From Pseudomonadota bacterium (GTDB taxonomy: Bacteria; Pseudomonadota; Gammaproteobacteria; Burkholderiales; Chitinibacteraceae): a stretch of DNA of 64,000 bases. Both the position numbers and the translations under genes were made by a program. How positions within the stretch are numbered: position 1 is the first letter of the stretch; each line of letters begins with the position of its first letter. Below the pieces are notes generated by a model. It searched no databases, was not told the origin of the DNA, and saw nothing but the letters and a program-made list of their open reading frames with translations. The DNA lies in the NCBI GenBank assembly GCA_026399755.1, contig JAPLQI010000110.1, positions 1,603 through 65,602 of the forward strand. Direction: 5' to 3'. Positions 29,742-38,008 of the stretch are shown one piece after another.

Positions 29742-30206
29742 ATGACTACTTTGATTTCAATCGGCACTCTGGCTAAACGCTCTGGGGTAAAAGCCAGCGC
29801 ACTGCGTTTTTATGAAAGCAAGGGCTTAATCAGCAGTGTTCGCAGTAGCGGGCAAACTCGGCAATTCCCAAGAGAAGTGCTGCGCAGAGTGGCCTTTATT
29901 CGCGTTGCGAAAAATGTGGGCCTAAGCCTTGAAGAAATATCAGCCGCACTGGCCTCCCTGCCCCAACAAAGAACGCCAACGCCTGAGGACTGGGCACAAC
30001 TGTCGCAATCTTGGCGGCCCATGCTGCAAGCAAAGATAGACGCACTACGCGCACTTCAAACGCAATTGGATTCGTGCATAGGCTGTGGCTGTTTATCACT
30101 ACAAAAATGCAGCCTATATAACAGCGACGACCAAGCCCGCCATCTGGGATCTGGGCCACGGTTTTTAATGGGAGATAGCGCAGCAGATTTAGTTTTGAAG
30201 GAATAG
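29742..30206 (+). CDS. soxR: Redox-sensitive activator SoxR
   Basis: MerR HTH plus [2Fe-2S] motif CIGCGCLSLQKC. Confidence 0.95.
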   Translation: MTTLISIGTLAKRSGVKASALRFYESKGLISSVRSSGQTRQFPREVLRRVAFIRVAKNVGLSLEEISAALASLPQQRTPTPEDWAQLSQSWRPMLQAKIDALRALQTQLDSCIGCGCLSLQKCSLYNSDDQARHLGSGPRFLMGDSAADLVLKE

Positions 30207-30214
30207 AGGCCTTT

Positions 30215-30670
30215 TTAGCAAGCGGATAACACTTTGTTTTTTAACATTTCCAGCAAATTTTCCGGAAAAACAATCTCGTCTGTCATCGCGATTTCCTCAG
30301 GCGTCCACCAGCGGTGTTGCTTCATCACTTCCATTTCTAAAGCACTCCAAGCCGCGCGGTCAGGAGCAACTTTACTCATTCGCACAATAAAATAGCGCTC
30401 ATCCGAAATCACAGATTCGCCATCTGGTAATTTCATTATAAATTCCTGGCGGGCAATTTCCTCGCTAATTGAGTAATTGTGCTGACCAATTTCTTCAGCA
30501 AACTCCCGCGCAGCAGCTTCTGCAAAACTCTCATTATCTTCAACACCCCCTCCAGGCGTGGCCCAGTAGGACTTTCCAGCCAAAGCCCCCTTTGTGAATA
30601 CAAAGTGAAATAATAAAATATGGTTTTCTGGTGACAACACCAGTAAACGTGCAGATGGGCGACACCGCAT
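30215..30670 (-). CDS. Nudix hydrolase
   Basis: Nudix box GGGVEDNESFAEAAAREFAEEIG. Confidence 0.88.
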   Translation of the reverse strand: MRCRPSARLLVLSPENHILLFHFVFTKGALAGKSYWATPGGGVEDNESFAEAAAREFAEEIGQHNYSISEEIARQEFIMKLPDGESVISDERYFIVRMSKVAPDRAAWSALEMEVMKQHRWWTPEEIAMTDEIVFPENLLEMLKNKVLSAC

Positions 30671-30943
30671 AGAGTAAATCCAAATAATGTAATGTTAATT
30701 AACTCAATTAAATGAAGATTAAACAGGCAATTGAGGCTGTAATTATGCGTTTAGCCCCCGTATTCCATTCAAATATCTTTATCCTCAGAGCAATCATAAA
30801 ACGAATCACTCCAAACAAAACACGTATCACATCCTCAGACTTAAACCCCTCGCTGGCAAATCCGCCCAATTTACATTTCACCTCAGCACGCCAGGCTACA
30901 AAACCCGCTAAAATAGCGGCCTTTCTTTGCACAAAGCGCTTCG

Positions 30944-31750
30944 ATGAACCGCACGGCCTTACTTATTCCTCACTTTAATAATCCACAGGGCCTTGCTGCG
31001 TCTTTGGCGTCTGTGGGTAAGCACGAGCAAATAGATGCTTTTATCGTTGATGATGGCAGTAGCAGGCAGCGCATCGATGAGGGAGCTTGTGCAAAAGCTT
31101 GGCAGGCGGATGGAGAGTTGCATTTTATTTATTTGCCGCAAAATCAAGGTATTGAGCACGCACTCAATACGGGGCTGCAAGCGATTCTTGAGGCGGAGTA
31201 TGAATATATTGCCCGCTTGGATTGCGATGATTTGTGCGCGCCGGATCGCTTTGCTAAGCAAATAGCTTTTTTAGATAGCCACCCGGATGTGTATTTATTA
31301 GGTAGCGCGGTGACATTTTTTGATGCCAGCGGCGATCGTTTTACGATTAATCAGCCGCAGACGCACAATGAAATCCTACGGCAAATGCACGACGACAATG
31401 CCTTTACCCATCCCACGGTAATGTTTAGAACCGCCGGAGTAAAAGAGCTGGGGCTTTACCCGACTGACTGCAAAGCCGCAGAAGACTTTGCGTATTTTTG
31501 GCGCTTTGTAGCGCATTATCAAACGGCCAACTTGGCCGAGGTGCTAACCCGCAGCGAGTACAACGACGCAGGCATCTCCATGAGCCGCCGCCGCCAACAG
31601 CAAGCAATGCGAATCAAGCTGCTATGGCGCTACTTCGATTACTCACCACGATCCCTCATAAAAATAAGCAAAGCCAGCCTATCCTTCGCCCTACCGGTCA
31701 GCTTCACCCGTAAAATAAAACGCCTGCTGGGGATGGGGAAGTGGGATTGA
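30944..31750 (+). CDS. Glycosyltransferase family 2 (paralog 1)
   Basis: VDDGS, ARLDCDD, AEDF; 268 aa. Confidence 0.88.
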   Translation: MNRTALLIPHFNNPQGLAASLASVGKHEQIDAFIVDDGSSRQRIDEGACAKAWQADGELHFIYLPQNQGIEHALNTGLQAILEAEYEYIARLDCDDLCAPDRFAKQIAFLDSHPDVYLLGSAVTFFDASGDRFTINQPQTHNEILRQMHDDNAFTHPTVMFRTAGVKELGLYPTDCKAAEDFAYFWRFVAHYQTANLAEVLTRSEYNDAGISMSRRRQQQAMRIKLLWRYFDYSPRSLIKISKASLSFALPVSFTRKIKRLLGMGKWD

Positions 31751-31772
31751 TTGATGTGGCGAGTCGGTATTT

Positions 31773-31950
31773 TATAGGGTGTACAACAACGCAGTTGTTG
31801 CGCACCGAGATTCCTAAACAAAAACCCAAATCTTAAACCACGGAGGAAAGGGAGAACACGGAGGGTCACGGAGAAAAACACAAGGAAAGCAAGGTTTTCT
31901 CCGTGAAACTCCGTGTTCTCTGTGCCCTCCGTGTTTCAAGATTTGGGTTT
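31773..31950. repeat. GTAG-type REP plus inverted CACGGAG doublet
   Basis: REP 31773-31806; arms 31821-31878 and 31893-31950 are reverse complements. Confidence 0.85.
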
Positions 31951-32004
31951 TATCCCCCACACACATTTAAACGCGAAGCTGCACTCGCAAAAACAGAAGC
32001 ACAC

Positions 32005-32811
32005 ATGACACGCCTTATTTTACTGATACCGCATTTTAATAATCCTGCCGGGCTGATTAAGTCTTTAACCTCCATCGGCCCCAACGAGCAATGTGATGTG
32101 CTGGTAGTGGATGATGGCAGCACGCGTGCGCCGATTGATCATTCGGCGGCCAGAAATGCATTTCAGGCTCAGGGCGAGCTGCGGTTTTTAAACCTGCCGG
32201 TCAATCGTGGCATTGAACATGCGCTTAATTCTGGCCTTGCGTGGATTACCTCCCGTGACTACGAGCTGATTGCCCGCCTAGATTGCGGTGATGAAAACCT
32301 GCCAGATCGCTTAGCCAAGCAGGTCGCTTTCTTAGATAAGCACCCCAATGTGATGCTAGTCGGCGGTGCGGCTAGCTTTGTTGATCAAGCTGGGGCCGAG
32401 CACTTTGTGCTGCGTCACCCAAGCGATCATGCGGCCATTGCCCAGACGATGCGTAATAACTCGGCCTTTATTCATCCGGCGGTGATGTTCAGAACAGCCG
32501 CATTAGCCAGCACCGGCCCCTATCCGCTGGATATGCCTGCCGCAGAAGACTATGCGCTGTTTAGCGAATTCACCCGCCAGTTTAAAGTAGCCAACCTGCC
32601 CGATGTGCTGATCCGCTACGAGCTAGACCCCAGCGGTATTTCACTGAGTAAACGCCGCCAGCAGCTTAAATCCCGCATGGCGGTGCAAAAAAAATACAGC
32701 GATGGCAGCGTTGCCGCCCTAATCGGCATGGCCAGAACGCAGCTCTTACTCTTGCTGCCCTACTCTCTGGTGTTTAAGCTCAAATCAAAATTAAGAGCAC
32801 CAAAAGCATGA
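32005..32811 (+). CDS. Glycosyltransferase family 2 (paralog 2)
   Basis: VDDGS, ARLDCGD, AEDY; ATG 32005 gives 268 aa (the ORF-track start lies in a repeat). Confidence 0.88.
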   Translation: MTRLILLIPHFNNPAGLIKSLTSIGPNEQCDVLVVDDGSTRAPIDHSAARNAFQAQGELRFLNLPVNRGIEHALNSGLAWITSRDYELIARLDCGDENLPDRLAKQVAFLDKHPNVMLVGGAASFVDQAGAEHFVLRHPSDHAAIAQTMRNNSAFIHPAVMFRTAALASTGPYPLDMPAAEDYALFSEFTRQFKVANLPDVLIRYELDPSGISLSKRRQQLKSRMAVQKKYSDGSVAALIGMARTQLLLLLPYSLVFKLKSKLRAPKA

Positions 32812-33911
32812 GCCTGATTCCCGTAAAACGCGCCGCTAAAATTGTGCATATTGTTGAGGCCTTTGGCGCTGGCACGCTGTCTATGGTGTCGGCAATGGCC
32901 AATGCGCAGGCCAAAGACGGCCATAGCGTCACCATTATTCATTCGGTAAGAGAAGAAACGCCGGACAACTGGCGAGCGCTATTTGTCGATGCCATCCGTT
33001 TTATTCAGCTGCCTATGGTTCGCGCCATTAACCCCGTCGCCGACTGGCGTGCTGGGCGGGCGCTTTACCACTGGCTGCGTGAACTAAAGCCCGAAGTGGT
33101 GCATATGCACTCATCCAAAGCCGGTGCGCTGGGGCGAATTGTCAGTTTATTTATTCGCGGCAAAGCTGCGCCACGGTGGTTTTTCTCGCCGCATGGTTTG
33201 TCATTTTTGCAGCGGGCTGAAGGGCGTTTAAAAAATACGATTTTCTTGACGGTAGAAAAAATTCTCTCAGAAATCCCGACTACCTTTATCGCCTGCTCAC
33301 CTTCCGAAGGCGCAGAAATCCGCAGCCATCTCAGCAGCAATGTAGTGGTGGTGAATAATGCGGTCGATCTGGCGGCAATTCATCCCGCCAAAGGTAATCA
33401 AGATATCGTGCGCATTGGCACCGTGGGCCGAGTTACCCTTGCCCGCAATCCCGAGCTATTTGCAAGCATCGCCAGCCAAATGGCCCAGCCCGGTATCGAG
33501 TTTGTGTGGATAGGTGGCGGCGATGTGGCGTCAGAAAAAAACCTAAAAAACGCTAATGTAAAACTCAGCGGCTGGGTAGATCGCAGCCAAGCTTTAGAGC
33601 AGCTGGCAAGCTTGGATATTTATATCCAAACCTCACGCTGGGAAGGCCTGCCTGTCGCCGTCATCGAAGCCATGGCCGCTGGCCTGCCAGTATTAGCGAC
33701 CAATGTGGTGGGCAATAAAGATTTGGTAATAGATGGCGAAAATGGCTATCTGTGTGAAAACAGCAGCGACTTTGTAAAACATCTGAATACGCTGATTGAA
33801 GACCTCAGCGCACGCAAGCAGCTTGGCGCACAGGCAAGGCTGTTTGCTGAAGAGAATTACTCGCTGGATAAGATGATGACGAATCTTTATAAGGCTTATG
33901 GACTATCTTAG
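32808..33911 (+). CDS. Glycosyltransferase family 4
   Basis: HMHSSKAG; SRWEGLPVAVIEAMAAG. Confidence 0.9.
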   Translation: MSLIPVKRAAKIVHIVEAFGAGTLSMVSAMANAQAKDGHSVTIIHSVREETPDNWRALFVDAIRFIQLPMVRAINPVADWRAGRALYHWLRELKPEVVHMHSSKAGALGRIVSLFIRGKAAPRWFFSPHGLSFLQRAEGRLKNTIFLTVEKILSEIPTTFIACSPSEGAEIRSHLSSNVVVVNNAVDLAAIHPAKGNQDIVRIGTVGRVTLARNPELFASIASQMAQPGIEFVWIGGGDVASEKNLKNANVKLSGWVDRSQALEQLASLDIYIQTSRWEGLPVAVIEAMAAGLPVLATNVVGNKDLVIDGENGYLCENSSDFVKHLNTLIEDLSARKQLGAQARLFAEENYSLDKMMTNLYKAYGLS

Positions 33912-34135
33912 GGCGGTTGCAACCCGCCGAGCTTTGCTATGAAATCCGAAAAACGGCGGGTTGCACCCGCCCTACGATGATTCAATGCTTGTTGATTGTG
34001 TGGTAACTCCATGACATTTAGCTAAGCCGATTGGATTGGGGTGAAACCTGCGTACTTTTGAGCATTGCTCGCGGGTTGCACCCGCCCTACGAATACCGTT
34101 TCTCTTAAGTGAATAGGATTGGATGTTACCCGTCC
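33908..34135. repeat. BIME-like REP mosaic
   Basis: REP pairs 33908-33975 and 34038-34090 with linkers shared with the 13.6 kb and 55.8 kb arrays. Confidence 0.85.
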
Positions 34136-34174
34136 TCTGTTCTACCGATCTTTTGCTTGAAAATCAGGAAGAAA

Positions 34175-35629
34175 ATGAATAAGCATTTACAAGCCGAAAG
34201 GGCTAAGCCTTTGTTGGCACTGGCCGATTTTGCTGCGCTTACCGCGTCATTTTGTGCGGCGTTGGCCATGCTGAGCTTTTTCCGCCATCAAAGAATTGGT
34301 GGCGATTTTGCCGCTTGGTGGTGGTGGGAAGGCTCGCAACAAAGTACTGCCTTTCTGTTTTTGGCCGTGCTCACCGTGGGCAACTTTTGGTGGCGTGGCC
34401 ATTACAGCCTGCGCCTGCCGTTTTGGGATGAGCTGCTGGAAATCCTGCGCGCCCTGCTCTTAGCGGCATTATTAAACGGTATGTTAGTACTGCTGGGTAA
34501 ATTCACGGTATCGCGCTTTTTATGGCCAATGTCTTGGAGCTTGGCGCTGCTGCTCTTGCCACTACTGCGCTCGCAAATGAAAAACTGGCTGCTGTCTAAA
34601 ACGCTGTGGCAACTACCAACGGTGATTATCGGAGCCAGTAGCAATGCCATCGACGCCTGCCGTGCCATGCATAGCGAGCGCCAGCTAGGGTTTGAAGTAC
34701 AGGCTTTTTTATCGATTAATAAGAACGATCCTGCCGAGCTATCGATTGATGGCAAGACCCGGCCAGTGATTCAGCTCGATGAGGCGGGACTTTTATCATG
34801 GTTGGATCTTAATGGCCGCCCCCATGTGGTGGTGGCAGTGGATGAAGACGAGCTGCGCCGTCTTGGCCCGCAAATTGAGCTGCTTTCGCTTAAATATAAA
34901 GATATGCACATCATCCCGCCGATTGCTGGCTTACCGCTGTTTGGCGTGGTGCCCCACCATTTCTTTAGCCATGAAGTGCTGTTGCTGCGGGTGCGCAATA
35001 ATCTGTCCGTTAAATCGCTGACCACATTAAAACGCGCTTTCGATTTATTTGGTGCCAGCGTGGGCCTGCTTTTGCTCTCGCCACTGCTGGCCTATGTGGC
35101 GATTCAGATTAAACGCCAAGGCGGCCCCGGCAGCATCTTTTTTGGCCATGTGCGCGTCGGTATTAACGGCAAGCCGTTTAAATGCTGGAAATTCCGCACC
35201 ATGGTTTCCAATAGCCAAGAAGTGCTAGAAAAACTACTCGCCAGCAGCAGCGAGGCCCGTGCCGAGTGGGATAAAGACTTTAAGCTTAAAAATGATCCAC
35301 GCATCACACCGATAGGCGAGTTTTTAAGAAAAACTAGCCTCGATGAAATCCCGCAGCTGTGGAATGTGATCAAGGGCGAAATGAGCTTAGTCGGCCCGCG
35401 CCCTATTATTACTGCCGAGCTAGAGCGCTATGGCGATTACGTTGATTTCTACTTAGAAGCACGCCCTGGCCTGACTGGTCTGTGGCAGGTATCGGGCCGC
35501 AACGACACCACTTATGCCGAACGCGTGGCACTGGATGCCTGGTATGTAAAAAACTGGAATCTTTGGTACGACGTAGCAATTGTCTGCAAAACAATCAAAA
35601 CCGTGGCAACTGGGCGCGGGGCTTATTAA
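34175..35629 (+). CDS. wbaP: Undecaprenyl-phosphate hexose-1-phosphate transferase (WbaP type)
   Basis: KRAFD, KFRTM, DPRIT, SLDEIPQLWNV, MSLVGPRP; four N-terminal TM helices. Confidence 0.9.
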   Translation: MNKHLQAERAKPLLALADFAALTASFCAALAMLSFFRHQRIGGDFAAWWWWEGSQQSTAFLFLAVLTVGNFWWRGHYSLRLPFWDELLEILRALLLAALLNGMLVLLGKFTVSRFLWPMSWSLALLLLPLLRSQMKNWLLSKTLWQLPTVIIGASSNAIDACRAMHSERQLGFEVQAFLSINKNDPAELSIDGKTRPVIQLDEAGLLSWLDLNGRPHVVVAVDEDELRRLGPQIELLSLKYKDMHIIPPIAGLPLFGVVPHHFFSHEVLLLRVRNNLSVKSLTTLKRAFDLFGASVGLLLLSPLLAYVAIQIKRQGGPGSIFFGHVRVGINGKPFKCWKFRTMVSNSQEVLEKLLASSSEARAEWDKDFKLKNDPRITPIGEFLRKTSLDEIPQLWNVIKGEMSLVGPRPIITAELERYGDYVDFYLEARPGLTGLWQVSGRNDTTYAERVALDAWYVKNWNLWYDVAIVCKTIKTVATGRGAY

Positions 35630-35679
35630 ATAAATGAGGGCGTACTTTAAGTACGCCCCAATCAACGAAGCACACCTTC

Positions 35680-36222
35680 CTACATCTTAAATCCATACCT
35701 CAGCACAATAAAATCTGCCCCGTAATTCGGCGTTTTGATATCGGCATTAGAATGATGTTGGTAAAACAGGGTTAGATCTTGCGCCATCTGATCGCCAAAA
35801 CGAACCCCAGCCCCAAATTGCTCACCAAATTGTAATGCGGTACTAAATGGGCCGCGCTTTGCGTAATCAGTACGGGAAAACACATGTACCCCTACTCCTG
35901 CTTCCACAAACAGCTGCAGCCCTTCTTCAAGAGGCGCCCATTCATAGCGCAACTCAGGTGTAATAAATAATTCACCGGTCACACGATCATCGCCATGCCA
36001 AACACCCACGCCCACGTCTAAACCTGTGCTTAATTTACCCACTTTGGTTTCATACCACGACCAAGGCAAATCCGTCCTCCATGCCACTCGAAACAACTTA
36101 TGCCTATCGACATGATCTGGCTGCATGCCTTGTCCTGCACTAATTTGCCACTCATATGCATCCGCACTCGATGCGGCTAGCAAAATGCACATTGAGCAAA
36201 ACCGGAAGATCGATGTCAGCAT
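35680..36222 (-). CDS. pagL: Lipid A 3-O-deacylase PagL / acyloxyacyl hydrolase family
   Basis: Signal peptide, HHSNADIKTPNYG motif, aromatic C-terminus; AAGGAG RBS. Confidence 0.8.
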   Translation of the reverse strand: MLTSIFRFCSMCILLAASSADAYEWQISAGQGMQPDHVDRHKLFRVAWRTDLPWSWYETKVGKLSTGLDVGVGVWHGDDRVTGELFITPELRYEWAPLEEGLQLFVEAGVGVHVFSRTDYAKRGPFSTALQFGEQFGAGVRFGDQMAQDLTLFYQHHSNADIKTPNYGADFIVLRYGFKM

Positions 36223-36376
36223 GGCGAGGCTCCTTATCGGTGGCGTCTTTACAATATAGACATAGCAATCCTTTTATATTTTTCTAGCTGACGTTATCCT
36301 CAGAAGAAATTAAACGCTTTTCCCCAATACGGGATTAAGAAGCTCCGTGCAAAGCACATCACTTTTTAGGAATACC

Positions 36377-37693
36377 ATGCAAGCCGATGAGTTCGTCCAG
36401 TCATTTCGCCTGGCCGCCCCTTATATTCACGCCTTTCGTGATCGCACTTTTGTCATTGCCTTAGGTGGTGAAGTGGTTCGAGATGGCAAATTTGCCACCA
36501 TTACCCATGACATCAATTTGCTGACCAGCCTAGGCGTTCGTTTGGTGGTGGTGCATGGTGCGCGGCCACAAATTGAAGCCCGCACCGCAGAGCGCGGCTT
36601 AGAAACGCGCTACCATCATGGCTTACGCGTAACCGACGCTCAAACTTTGGAATGTGTTATTCAGGCTGTCGGGCAAGTCAGAGTTGAAATCGAATCATGG
36701 TTATCGATGGGCTTGGCCAACTCGCCCATGGCCAATGCCGATATCCGTGTTTCTGCGGGTAATTTTATTACGGCTCAGCCTATGGGTATTCGTGATGGTT
36801 TAGATCTGATGTATACCGGCGAAGTACGCAAGGTGGATACCACCGCGATCCGCTATCGCCTCGATGATGGCGAGCTGGTCTTGCTCTCCACCCTTGGCTA
36901 TTCGCCAACGGGTGAAGTTTTCAACGTGCCGCTCGAAGACGTCGCCACCAGCGCCGCTATTGCCTTGCGCGCCGATAAGCTGATTTTCTTATTAGGCCAG
37001 CAGGGCGTGGAAGATCTAGCAGGTCAGCTATTAACCGAGCTGACCGCCTTGCAAGCCGAGCAGCTGCTCAGCAGCCATCCCCATCCGCATGAAGACATTC
37101 GTCTCTATTTGCCATGCGCCATCAAAGCAGTCAGAAATGGCGTGGCACGGGCTCATTTAGTCAGCCATCATGTCGATGGGGCCTTGCTCAAAGAGCTATT
37201 TACTCACGATGGTATAGGCACCATGGTTTCCCGCGATTCGCTAGAAACCATGCGCGAAGCCACGATTGATGATGTCGGGGGTGTATTGGCACTGATCGAG
37301 CCACTGGAAGACGATGGGGTTTTAGTGAAGCGCGGACGGGAATTACTCGAGCGCGAAATTCATCGCTATTCCGTATTAGAGCACGATAGCAAAATTGTCG
37401 GCTGCGTGGCCATGTATCCCTTCCCAAAAAGCCATATGGCAGAAATGGCTTGTTTGGTGATTCATCCCGACTATCGTGATGCCAATCGTGGCGAGCAATT
37501 ACTTAAACATATTGAACAGCACGCCAGAAGCTTGGGGGTGCGAGAATTATTTGTGCTGACGACTCGCACCGCGCATTGGTTTGTAGAGCGAGGCTTTGCC
37601 TTAGCGACGGTAGATGCCTTACCGATAGAAAGAAAACAGCTCTACAATTATCAAAGAAGATCGAAAGTATTTATTAAGCAACTACGCAACTGA
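36377..37693 (+). CDS. argA: Amino-acid N-acetyltransferase
   Basis: APYIHAFRDRTFV, VHGARPQI, C-terminal GNAT domain, YNYQRRSKV. Confidence 0.95.
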   Translation: MQADEFVQSFRLAAPYIHAFRDRTFVIALGGEVVRDGKFATITHDINLLTSLGVRLVVVHGARPQIEARTAERGLETRYHHGLRVTDAQTLECVIQAVGQVRVEIESWLSMGLANSPMANADIRVSAGNFITAQPMGIRDGLDLMYTGEVRKVDTTAIRYRLDDGELVLLSTLGYSPTGEVFNVPLEDVATSAAIALRADKLIFLLGQQGVEDLAGQLLTELTALQAEQLLSSHPHPHEDIRLYLPCAIKAVRNGVARAHLVSHHVDGALLKELFTHDGIGTMVSRDSLETMREATIDDVGGVLALIEPLEDDGVLVKRGRELLEREIHRYSVLEHDSKIVGCVAMYPFPKSHMAEMACLVIHPDYRDANRGEQLLKHIEQHARSLGVRELFVLTTRTAHWFVERGFALATVDALPIERKQLYNYQRRSKVFIKQLRN

Positions 37694-37756
37694 AATAAAA
37701 AATTAGCAATATAAATACACGGCATTTCAATTACTCATTATTATTGCTGATGTAAC

Positions 37757-37793
37757 ACTGCCGAAAGCAGGCAAGGAGTATGCTTTCGGCAGT
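37757..37793 (+). terminator. Stem-loop downstream of argA
   Basis: 13-bp perfect stem ACTGCCGAAAGCA / TGCTTTCGGCAGT. Confidence 0.55.
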
Positions 37794-38008
37794 ATTAAAT
37801 ATGATTACGATACTTTAGGGGCGCTCTGATTAAACATGGTCATCTCTGAATGTTTTTATCGAAGATCCAGTGTAATTGCTATATTTCCAGCGGCTTAGGG
37901 AAATAAGCCAACTGAATAAATCAGCGTTTTCTAAGTATAAAAACAAGCAGTCAAGTGGTTGAGGCGACTTGGCCTATAAAATAAATGATCATTTCTAGAC
38001 AGGTTTGC

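Noticed and set aside
30708-30978. ORFs 30712-30978 (+) and 30708-30932 (-)
   Set aside because: No RBS or recognisable motif; overlaps the GT2 start region; probably promoter DNA
37816-37934. Possible IS5-like relic bounded by TTAG...CTAA
   Set aside because: The terminal inverted match is weak and there is no convincing second copy in the window
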